Assembly (NCBI RefSeq): GCF_006345805.1
Contig: NC_043009.1
Coordinates: forward strand, 51,646,001-51,710,000
Length of the DNA stretch: 64,000 nucleotides
Source: Octopus sinensis
Lineage: Eukaryota
Direction: 5' to 3'
The notes under the pieces are model-generated. The model ran no database searches and was not told where the DNA came from. It saw only the letters and a program-made list of their open reading frames with translations. How positions within the stretch are numbered: the first letter of the stretch is position 1; each line of letters starts with the position of its first letter. A program made the position numbers and the translations under genes. Below, one piece after another: positions 41,147-52,620 of the stretch.

Positions 41147-41504
41147 CAAAATAGCGACCAATGCAGAATGAGTGACGTACCGTACAGACAGACATATAAA
41201 CATACATATATAGAAGATACCTAAAAAAAATCAATATATAGATTACTACTCTAATACATAGGTAGATATATATGTATAGCGAGAGGGTTCAAAACGAATA
41301 AAGAATTGGAAGGATGGGTGAGAGGAGTGTAAGTGTAGTGTGGGGGACTTTCTCTTCTCCTTAATCATATAAAGATTTTTAAAGTTCTCATCCGGTCATC
41401 TCGTTAGTGGGTAATCTAGCATTAAATATTTCTGGTAATATAAGTTTTTTGACTTCCAATTAGATGAGATATTTTTAAGAGTAACAAATCCGCACGCACA
41501 CATA

Positions 41505-41548
<44 letters not shown>

Positions 41549-41692
41549 GCACACACACACACACGGCCGCACTTACACACACACACACAAGTACATATTG
41601 ACTGAAAACTATTGAGCAATCAATCAACCCGTCAATATATCAATCTGTCAATATCTATACCGCTATATATATATGTGTGTACATATATATGA

Positions 41693-41760
<68 letters not shown>

Positions 41761-42581
41761 TGTGTGTGTGTATGTGTGTGCGTGAGTGTATGTGTGCGTG
41801 TGCATATATATATATGATCCGTATATATGTATATGTATATGCATTCATTCATTCATGATTTATAAATTAGATATTGTGTGTAGAATATCGGGTTAAAAAA
41901 AGACACAGATGGACATAGCCGAAGATTACCCGTACGACACGAACTAAGATCTTTGAGGATGGTAGATATTTGACCGTTATACAGTAGGTGAATTGAATAC
42001 ATTGCCAAAATATTTTCCGCTGATCCAGGAAGTGGAACCTCATATGAATGATGTGGTGGGCTCTATGCACAATAATGCCATCGAGAGGAAGGCCCTGAAA
42101 CGACTCGCCTTTTCTCGTGGTGACGCCAAGTGCTTGCTAGTATCCGGTACACGGAGCCTTCAAGTGGTAGCACTTGATACTGAGGTCTTAGTGGCTTCTG
42201 CTTCCTGGATGTCTTCACTTTAATCAAAGACTTACATGGTGACTGTTAGAATATGCACTAATGATAAAACTAAGTACAATAATTGAGTTATTCACCTAAA
42301 ATTTCTAGCAGGTGCATAAGCATGGCCAGAGTACCATTACTGAAACATTTCAAACATGTAAGGTAAAGGATACATCGAAGGAGAAATGAATGATTCTCTG
42401 TTGTTTCCGCAGAAGAAGGATGAAGTATCTCACGACATAAGCACAAAACCAAGTGAGGTGACTTATGAATAATGCACATCATATCTACTATTTTTACTCG
42501 ACACAGGCTAGGCTTTGCTGACACGAACTAATGTGCTGCGTGGCAGAAAATACCAGATATTTTATTTGAATATATATATAT

Positions 42582-42626
<45 letters not shown>

Positions 42627-42705
42627 CACACACATACATACATACATGCATACATAATACATCTATATATATATGTATGTATGTATGTATATGTATATTA
42701 CTCTT

Positions 42706-43060
42706 TTACTATTTTACTTGTTTCAATCATTTGACTGTGGCCATGTTGGAGCACCGCTTTTAGTCGAGTAAAACGACCCCAAGACTATGCTTTGTAAGCC
42801 TAGTACTTATTCTATCGGTCTCTTTTGCTGACGTAAACACATCAGCATCAATTGTCAAGTGATGTTGGGGAGAGGGGACAAACAGAGACACACAAACATA
42901 TACACACACATACACATATATAGATACATATATACGACGGGCTTCTTCCAGTTTCCGTCTACCAAATCCACTCACAAGGCTTTGGTCGGCCCGAGGCTAT
43001 ATTAGAAGACTGAACCCCGAAACATGTGGTTGGTAAGCAAGCTACTTACCACACATCCAC
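42706..43060 (-). mobile_element. SINE family A
   Basis: Reverse complement of the 22391 copy with small deletions. Confidence 0.85.
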
Positions 43061-43067
43061 TCCTACG

Positions 43068-43106
<39 letters not shown>

Positions 43107-43525
43107 AAATTGGGGATCTACAAACGCTAATCAGATGCAGAAATTACTACGACGGCGTTGTGCAACGTATCATTGTTGTGGCTGCTAGCAGAAATGAGAG
43201 TAGTGTATAGCTACTTCGATAACAGCATCGTAAATGTTCATTGGCGTGTTTAGAGCTGAATAAATTCGTGAGTGATGAGAAAGAAAGAAAAGGAAGGGAT
43301 TAGGATGTCAAAGATTTTGTGGTGAAATAAACGACCATATGGATTATACTGGGGAACAGGGATTTTGTGGTCTGATGTTGGATACATATTTCCTACTGAC
43401 TGTGTGGCGCTGCTTTCAAAAATGAAATCAATTTTGCTGTATCACGTCACGATTTTTCACAAACTCAGATGTCCATTTTCAAACATTTTTGATATTGTCA
43501 GCATTTATAAGGATAGATTTTGCTT

Positions 43526-43678
43526 CATCAAATGCTGAGCCATCTAGGGAGCTTGATATAATTTTGAAAATATAGATTTTCAATGTCATTTGAAGTAAAT
43601 ACATCAAATGCGGAGCCATCCATGGAGCTTGATATAATTTTGAAAATATAGATTTTCAATGTCATTTGAAGTAAATAC
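43526..43678. repeat. 76-bp tandem duplication
   Basis: catcaaatgc..gagcttgatataattttgaaaatatagattttcaatgtcatttgaagtaaata occurs twice. Confidence 0.9.
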
Positions 43679-44184
43679 AACTACGAAAGGGAAAACAAAC
43701 GTCATCATTTGAATAAAAAAGTATCAAGATTGAGTCACTTACACTATTATCATCCTATCCAGTTTCAAACGGCATGATGATGACAGAAATGTCCTTTCTA
43801 AAATACGACGTTAAGAAACAATATACTTTTGTGGTCCTTGACACCATACATGTCTCATATTTGCAGAATTTCTCTGCAGATATGCCCACACTCGGCTTAA
43901 TTTAGTGTGGCTGTCATTGCAAAACTAAATGAGACACATTTTGTTGAACTTCTAACTCTTTCTCATACAAATTGGCATTTTGAATGTGCCCTTAATATTT
44001 TATTTGTGAGGTCGCAGGAGTCAAGGTACGTTTTCGTCCATCATGGCCAAAGAACTGTAAAATAACTTCATGGTATGCGCTATATGGAACTTTGCCATCA
44101 TAAATCTGTATTTGCTAACTTTATAACCATTGACTATTCTGAACATACATTTCCCAGGTGACAATTGACTTGAATATGTTTTGT

Positions 44185-44915
44185 ATTTCAGAAATATGGA
44201 CGGTTGTGAGAGAAGATAATGTAAAATCAGCCCCGATGTCTTCTGCTTATCTCTGGATTAGGCAGTGAAACAAAATCACAGATTTTGTGAAGATGGGTTA
44301 CCTTACTTTTTTACTTACTTTAGTATGAAACTGGAGACAAGACGAAACATGGGCGCGTCATATAGTGTACAAAACGTGTTGAAACACTGAGATAGTGACA
44401 GCTTCAAATGTTTTCTTGTGAGAAAATTAAGTCTTGTGTGTTTGATGGGCCACATATTAGGTGGCTATTGCATGACGAGCTACTTTTTGGAGACCAAATC
44501 TGGCATTGGAAAAGAAACATGGAAGGCTTTTGCTGAAGTTGTATCTGATTTCCTGGGAAACAGGAAGCCATCGAATTATGAGGATCTTGTGCAAACCTTG
44601 TTAACCAATTTTGGAGCGCTGAGCTGCAACATAAGTGTAAACATACATTTCTTACACAGATATCTGGATTACTTATTTGAACATGATAGGGCAATAATTG
44701 ATGAGCAAGGAGGAAGATTCAACCAAGATATGGAGAACATAGGGTCTAGGTATCAAAGCATGTGGGGCACCAAACTGATGCTGCCTACTGCAGATCACTG
44801 CAAAGAGACTGTCATGAGGCAATTTATTCGCATAAACCAACAAAGAGTAAGTTCTTTCCTTGAGTATTTCAAACTCCAATTTGACGGAAATATCTATTCT
44901 CAAATGTGTAATTAA
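44185..44915 (+). mobile_element. Chapaev3-like (CMC superfamily) transposase relic, internally deleted
   Basis: N-terminal CKISPDVFC..ITDFVK.GY..YF.MKL and C-terminal WKAFAEVVSDFLGNRKPSNYEDLVQTLLTNFGALSCNISVNIHFLHRYLD...DEQGGRFNQDM...RYQ. The family assignment is from my recall of these motifs. Confidence 0.7.
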
Positions 44916-45234
44916 AAATTTTGTGAAATATATCTGTTAAACAATAAAACGTACTATTTGGTCTGCGTTAGTTTTATTATTCCAGTATTACATTTAATGG
45001 CAAAATTGACACTTTTTGGTTAAAAAAAAAATATGAATTCCTGTTTAAAAAAAAAAACTTGATAAAAATTTTCTGCGGGCTTTTCTGAGCCCAGCATCAT
45101 TAAATTAGGTAGGAATAATTGTAGAGAGCAAGACAACTAAAACTATTCTCTTAGACTACTAATAAGTTCAACTTGTAAATATAAGATTTATCAAAATTAA
45201 ATGAAGAAGTGTTAATAAAAATATTGTTAAGAGA

Positions 45235-45526
45235 ATCATGCAGTACTCCAGAGCACACGTGGTTGAGCACGGTCCCTATTCTCCTGATTTGGCCCCATCT
45301 CACTATCATGTCTACCCCATCATCAATAAACAGTTGGCTGTGAACCGGTATCGCAGTGATTATGACGTCATAACTGCTGTCGATGATTTTTGGTCAACAG
45401 GATCAAAGCTTATTCACCATTGGAATGCAAAAAATCTAACATTGATGAAAGAAATATGTGAACCGCAATGGAGACAATGTGGGAAAATGATTTGGTCAGC
45501 CTATGGACTTTTCAGCCGACCCTCGT
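45235..45526 (+). mobile_element. Mariner 3' relic
   Basis: HGPYSPDLAPSHYHVYP (YSPDLAPSD motif), ending in TIR-like acttttcagccgaccctcg. Confidence 0.85.
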
Positions 45527-45657
45527 GTATGTGTGTGTATTTGTGTAACAGAGAGAGAGATATAGAGAGAGTGCGAGCGCATTCATATGCATACATAGAT
45601 ACATACATATTATATATACATATATATACATACACACACACACACATACATATATAT

Positions 45658-47575
45658 GGGGGACCTAAAACTACGACCCATTGTAGCTGGCCCAACCTGT
45701 GAAACACACAGACTAAGTCTACTTATGGACATCCTCTTGAAACCCTTCCTTAAACATATCGATAGCCATATCAGAGATGACCTTAGATATGTTAAACCAC
45801 CTTCCAAAAAAACCAAGGAAGAAACAATCCTGGTTTCATTTGATGTAGTCAACTTGTATACCAGTATACCTCATAATTATGGACTGGAGGCAATACAATT
45901 CTGGTTAGACCAATTTCCGGAAGAAATACCAAAAAGGATCAGTAAGGAATTCATTACTAAATCAATTGAATTCATCCTACACAATAACCACTTCATGTTT
46001 GACAATACATTTTAACCGTCAAAAAATCCGGAATTGCTATGGGTAACAAGGCAGCACCAGTCATTGCGAACTTAACAATGGGATACATGGAAATAATCAT
46101 TTACCAGGAATCTCTATCAATCTTTGGAAACTCCCTCTCTCAATACATAAAAGAGAATTGGAAACGATTCCTAGACGATTGTTTCATTCTCTGGAAGAAA
46201 ACATAGATAAACTCCTAAAATTTAAAAACCTTTGAACAGCATAACCCAAATACAGTTCACAATGGAACAACCAAAAGGAGCTCCCCGTTTCTTGGATATA
46301 CTAATTAAAAAAATTAACCTTAAAATAGAAACAGACATTTTTTACAAAGCCACAGACGCCAAACCTTCTTTTTAATTCATGCCACCCAAGACACACTAAA
46401 ACAAACATCCCCTTCAACCTTGCAAGAAGGATATGCACAATAGTGTCAGAACAAAATACCAGGACTTTAGACTGCAAGAACTCAAAAACACCCTAATTGA
46501 CAGACATTACCCAGCTCAACTCATAGAGGATGGGATCAGACGTGCAACAGAATCACATAGAAACTTTAAGAAAAGTTCAACACAACCCACACCTTCCCCG
46601 AAAATACTACCTTACATATCTACATACAACCCAGAAACAAAGAAGCCTCACCATCATCACCCAGAATTTACCATACTTCATAAAAACCCAAATTAAAGGA
46701 AATTCTAAACATACACCAAATCATTAAAAGCTACAACAGCCTAAATCACTTAAAAAGATTCTCACAAAGGCAAAACTGTCTTCTAAAATTACGGATGCAA
46801 AAGTTAAAAAATGTGGTAGATCGAACTGCTGTGCAACATGTCCTAACCTATTGGAAGGATCAGAATTCTTCTTTAAGAGGGACAGAAATTTAAGATCAAA
46901 TCTAACTTTACTTGTGCCTCTGAAACATAATTTATGTTTTAAATGCTCGGGCTGCCACCAAGACTACGTGGGTTCCAGCGGACTATCACTCAGGCGCAGA
47001 TGCACACTGCATCGACAACAGATGCATTCCCAGAATATAGAATGATACCTTTTTAGTGAGCACATCGAGAATGCGCAAAGCAACTACTGCACAAATTTTT
47101 AATCTTCCCATTTTACCAATGTGCTTTCGGATCATCAACAAATGAGACTGAACAAGGAAACATTCTTCATTGAAAAGTACAAACCCAGACTCAACCATCC
47201 GAACATACTGACACAGAGAAATTAACAAGGAAATGGGAAAAAAAATTTTTAAGCGATTATCTCCCCTACACCGGAAAAAATCACTCACTACCTCCCCCTT
47301 ATTTAGAAATCTCCTGGAAATAAAAACAACGATAATTCCATACAATATAAACATAACGTCACAAGAAATTTGAAAGCTACACGCGAAACCGGTAATTTCT
47401 TTAAAAATTTTAAAATTATGTCATTTTAAGGAAAGGAAAAAAATTTTTCCAATATTCTCCAGACATTTTGACACAAATATATATATTTTTTAACATTTAA
47501 GCCTTCTGTCGTTTTTTCACACTTTACTATTTTCTTATATATTCACCCACGTGCTTTACCAAACAAACTTTCTTA

Positions 47576-47578
<3 letters not shown>
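45658..47578 (+). mobile_element. Penelope-like retroelement: RT + GIY-YIG + 3' terminal region, 5'-truncated and frameshifted
   Basis: LRPIVAGP, LVSFDVVNLYTSIP, IAMGNKAAPVIANLTMG, WKRFLDDCF (46159-46185), FLDI, and a GIY-YIG-like region KCSGCHQDYVGSSGLSLRRRCTLH. Embedded in (TA)n at both ends. Confidence 0.9.
47363..47401 (+). ncRNA. Minimal hammerhead-like motif of the PLE 3' terminal region (U3-type core)
   Basis: aagaaat-TTGAAA-gc tacac gc-GAAA-ccgg-TA-atttctt. Stem I has 7 bp, and the core is one A shorter than the 14.8 kb paralogue. Confidence 0.5.
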
Positions 47579-47610
<32 letters not shown>

Positions 47611-48249
47611 ACACACACACATTTACACACTATCGCGCACACACATACACACACACACATATATATAATTCGTTTGGGCAAGCGATATTAATGGTTTTAG
47701 AAATTAATATACATATAATTTAGAAAAAAGCATTAGTCCAGTACAGATAGTAATAAAAGATTATGCAAACCACCAGGGAACAAGAAGATATCTAATACAC
47801 TTAATTACATAATTTCTTGTCCCCCTCTCATTTATATGATTTCGTGTGTGTGTGTGTGTGTGTGTGTGTATGCGCACGCACGCCTGTGTGTCGGCCCGTG
47901 CACGTGAACATGTGTGCTCTCCGTCATTTTCACAGAGAAGGGCTTAGTTTTTCGCTAAAATTTTCAAGCCTTAACAAACGGACGTAGCTACAATGTACCT
48001 TCCTATATATATGTATACGAGCTGTATTTGACTATATCATAATTCTGGCCACTCGCATAACTATCTTGATGTCGAACCGTTGTATGATTGTTCTATCTAT
48101 TTCGAGAAGTATTTGAAAGTGCTGCCGCGTTAAGAGCAGAAACGACTGCTGACATGCTGCAGGCTTAAAAGAATTACATTTAGTTACACGTATTTCGAGA
48201 AATGCTTAACTTCATTTCGTACAGTGCTTTCCTTTGAAGGATTTGAAAC

Positions 48250-48490
48250 GTCTGAGCTGGTTCTCTTAGCTGGGAACCAATGTTGCAGAGACTATGACCT
48301 CATAACTGCTGTGGTTGACTATTTTCACCAACGGTATGAACGCTTCTTCAGCAAACGGTTCCAAGTACTGCAACGCCGTTGGAAGAAGTGTATGGTCCGC
48401 AAGTGATGCATCTGGGAAAACAAACTTCATCCTGGTAAAATTTCATGAGGGTAACTTGGTCGACTTAGGAACTCTTTCATGCGACCCTGT
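48250..48490 (+). mobile_element. Mariner 3' relic, same family as 45235
   Basis: LAGNQCCRDYDLITAVVDYFHQRYERFFSKRFQVLQRRWKKCM. TIR-like end actctttcatgcgaccc. Confidence 0.7.
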
Positions 48491-49220
48491 ATTACATATA
48501 TTCAACAAACTTCTGTGTAGATAGCTTAAAGAGAGTGGATGGAGCAAAACACTATACTATGATTGAGTTGTGAAAGTTTCAACCATCTAACTACAAAAAG
48601 TACCTCTATCTGTGTATGTGTGTGTGTCGATACACATTAATATTTATATAGATATATATGTGTCTCCTTGAAATAAATAATATACCACGTATAAGTACCA
48701 TGGATAACAATACATATATATTTTCTTATTAATTTATTTACGTCCACATTTGTTCTGGTATTATTTCCCTCATGTGTATTATTTTAAAAAGTTTCCGTCT
48801 GTATTTTCCGTCTGTCCTCGGATAATAGGATATCAATATAGTTTATTACAAATAAACGATGGTATTAAATTGAATTTTAAAAACACTTCAAGTAACGGCA
48901 ACTATGTAATATACTGACGAACTGATAAGAAATCAAATGGAAAAGTAACATTATGCATCATTTTCTCTCTCTCTCTCTCTTTATCTTTCTATCTCTCGCT
49001 CTTTCTCTTTCTCTATCGCTCTTTCTTTCTCTTTCTATCAAGAACACACGCACACACACACGTTAATGTTATATATTTTGCATAAACATCGTGAAGATAT
49101 TCTCTCATATACATACACATCATACATACGTATATACATACATGTATATATATATACATATATATATATATATTTAGTATATAAATACATGTATATACGC
49201 AAATACATATATACATATTC

Positions 49221-49255
<35 letters not shown>

Positions 49256-49443
49256 TTATGCATATATATATATATATAATATATGTATGTATATTATATA
49301 TGATGTATGTATGTATGTATGTATATACATTCCTTTATCTTTCTATGGGTTTCAGCCCGAGAACCGTGGTCGTGCTGCGGCATCAGTAAAAGTATTATCG
49401 CAATGATAATTTGACTTATGAAGCAGATATATCTATCTATATA

Positions 49444-49497
<54 letters not shown>

Positions 49498-50902
49498 TAT
49501 ATATTTGCTTTATCTATCTAGCTAGCTAGCTAGCTATCATTCTATCTGTCTGTGTACTAAGGGGTTAGTAAACATTGACATTCACACATAAACACACACA
49601 CAGACACATAAACACACACACACATATACATATAATGTGTGTGTGTGTGTATCCTATATACGCTATTGAAGCACTAAATTAACATACACATCAATGCCCA
49701 GATGTTAATGTATACAACTTAATATACAAATATACAAATGCCGTCTTTCCGTCCCGAGTTCAATTTCTGCGTATTTATATAAATATATATGTACATATAT
49801 TGATATTTATCCCTCTATCTCGTTTTCTGTCTAATTGCACGCACGCACACGCACATACATACACACACATACGTAATATATATATATATATATAAACAAG
49901 AAGGGTAGTAATATTATTTACTACCAGGTGCCCAGCACAAAAGACGAATTAGTCATAAGACAAAAATATTATTCATATAGAAAAATATTATTCATGTAGT
50001 TATACAATTAAGGGCTCCTAAATAAAGATGCCGAGTGCTGGGAACACAAAAAGGGGATGAATTTATCGAGAGTGAAAATCAAAAACTGGTGCGCTATCTT
50101 GAAATAACGTTAGACCTCAGCAAATTCACAGCTAATTTCTTTCCTAATTAGATGTGTTTCCACTCTCGATTACTTTCATTACTTGGTCCATCAATTTGCA
50201 TGTTTCCTTTATCCCTGGAGCAGTAAATGCTAATAAGGTTGTTGCATTCATTGGAGTTTAACTGTGATAGTGACTACCCACGTATTCCACACTGGCAAAC
50301 ATTTTCTGCATCTTAACAGTTACCTTTCTTTGTCTGGCCACTTTCCTAGCCATCATATATTTCATATATGTAGAGTGCGCATCTGATAATTGCAAAAGCT
50401 GGGTCCGCCACTGAGTTTCCATGGAGTGTGTCTTTAACTTACGCATATTTCATTCAAGTAAAGTCAATAAAATGAGCAACAGACAGAAAACTGAGATTTA
50501 AGAATTGATAAAAAAACTATTAACAAAGTTGCCACAAACCTAAAACCTAATTCACAGGCTTGTGCAAAATAAAACTAGTATATAGGAATTCAAGAACCAG
50601 GCGTTGATGCTAAATCGTACACGATTTACGTCAATTACTCCAGAATAGTCATCGATCCGCTGAATGGTATCGACGTGTGGTTTTGATAGACTTAATATTC
50701 TACTAGAAGATATTCGCCCGTGGTGTTTCAATGTAAAGTCTAAAAATGTTAATTGTATACCAATCTAGTGATTGATTTACTGAATAATCGATCCAATATT
50801 TGAGTGAAAGATTGATTAGTTCAGTGGCTCGTGGTTGGTGTTAGTGATTTTTTTTACATATATATACATATATATATAATACTATATATATATATAATAT
50901 AT

Positions 50903-50937
<35 letters not shown>

Positions 50938-51394
50938 ATCCAACATCACGACCAAAAAAGAATGAAAGAAAGAAAAATATCACGAACACAAATAACAAAG
51001 ACAACAACACTAATAGATTTGTCTGACGTATTTTTCTGAGAAATGAAAGAGGGTGAGCGCGGAAAAGAAAGGTGAACGTTCGATTGCCATCGCGTATAGC
51101 TGTCCTGGAAAATTACTGGGTGCAGTAGGATGTACATCACACATACAAACACACACAGGTACACACAAACACACAGAGAGGCACACACACAGAGAGGCAC
51201 ACAAACATACATACACACAAACACGCACAAATGTATGTATATATACGTATATGTGTGTTGTAATATGTGAGATAAAATGTGCGTATATATATATATTAAA
51301 TACACGCACATATATAGATACACACACATACATATATACATATATATATAAGTATATATATGTATATATATATATATATTTTATTATGTATATA

Positions 51395-51925
51395 GGTTTA
51401 AGTAATTGAGATTCTAGTGAATTCTAAAGAATTCACATGAATATGGTCCTTAACCAGGATGCAACCGGATATCTATATGTGTGTTAGCCATACACAAGTG
51501 GTGGTGATTATAAATAGGAAAAAAGCAACAAGAATGGATTAAAATCTCGGTACGATCGTTCGTACGAGGACATCTTTAATAAGCTACAAAAAATGGAGTG
51601 AATACAGATGGCTCGTACTCGTCAGCCGAAAAAATATCAGAGAATTCCCAAACATCAAAAGAAGTTGTGAATGAGTAGCCAATAATACTCATCTTTACTA
51701 TGGAGGGGGACGTCTTTAGGGGAAAACTCGAAGTTTATTTTTTCCATTCTTGCTGAAAAGTTAAGGACCGGAAAAACATACAGATAGTATGGGAATATAT
51801 TCGGTTAAGTAATTGAGATTCTAGTGAATTCTAAAGAATTCACATGAATATGGTCCTTAACCAGGATGCACCGGATATCTATATGGTGTTAGCCATACGA
51901 CAAGTGGGGTAATTATAAATAGGAA
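51395..51925 (-). mobile_element. Retrozyme-like family 2: 1.3 monomers (period about 407 bp)
   Basis: 51395-51520 is repeated at 51803-51925. Non-coding, with hairpins (gtgaattc-taaa-gaattcac; atgagta..tactcat), an HHR on the minus strand, and (TA)n flanks. Confidence 0.75.
51546..51630 (-). ncRNA. Type I hammerhead with extended stem II (GAA instead of GAAA)
   Basis: ttcgg-CTGACGA-gtacgag[43 nt]ctcgtac-GA-ACGATCGT-A-ccgag. Stem I has 5 bp, stem II has 7 bp plus an inner catct/agatg helix, and stem III is palindromic. Confidence 0.7.
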
Positions 51926-52057
51926 ATATATATATATATAATATATATATATATATATAATATATATAATATATATATTATATACATATGTATATATTAT
52001 ATACGTTTATTTATTTGTTTTGCAGGATTTTTTATGTGAAATCTTGTGTTGAAACAG

Positions 52058-52599
52058 ATATTGTTGTATTTAGGAATGGTCATTTTGCCGGTTTAGCCAA
52101 TAAAAATACACGCACTATATATTTGGTTTACTTTGCTTCAGCGTTATTTATTTTTTACATTAATCTTAATCTTATTTCGGCCAGAGTTCTTTCGTCACGC
52201 CTCTGTGACCTCATCAGTGGTCCTTTGCTTTCTACTTTTTTATTTGTGTGTCTCTCCTTACTAACGGTCAGCCATTTTGTATTTTGTATTCCTATTGTAT
52301 GTGTCTCATCATTTGCGCATGCGTATACCTCTATGTGTGTCTATATTTAGTTAATGTGTGTGTGGGGAAGTCCCTGTAATATTTCTATCTCCTGTTTATA
52401 TACGTTCGTGTACTTTGTTTTTGTTTTTGTTGATTTTTATTTTGTTCATGTGTTTACACCTACTTATTATTAATGGCTGAAATAGGATTAAGATTAATGT
52501 AAAAAAAAATAACGCTGAAGTAAAGTAACACCAAATATATAGAGCGTGTGTTTTTATTGGCTAAACTGGCAAAATGACCACTCCTAAATACAACAATAT
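52058..52599. mobile_element. PLE-derived element with inverted terminal arms of about 125 bp
   Basis: 52058-52183 and 52474-52599 are reverse complements with scattered mismatches. An intact minimal HHR adjoins the left arm. Confidence 0.8.
52181..52222 (-). ncRNA. Minimal type I hammerhead with intact core
   Basis: cca-CTGATGA-g-gtcac agaggc gtgac-GAAA-gaac-TC-tgg. Cleavage is predicted between 52184 and 52183. Confidence 0.75.
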
Positions 52600-52620
52600 A
52601 TATATATATATATATATAAT

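Noticed and set aside
48910-48950. CTGACGA-actgataagaaatca...ggaaaag
   Set aside because: The stem II register is wrong and there is no stem I or III.
50200-50500. ORF 50258-50446 (-) as an exon
   Set aside because: No recognisable domain and ambiguous splice signals.
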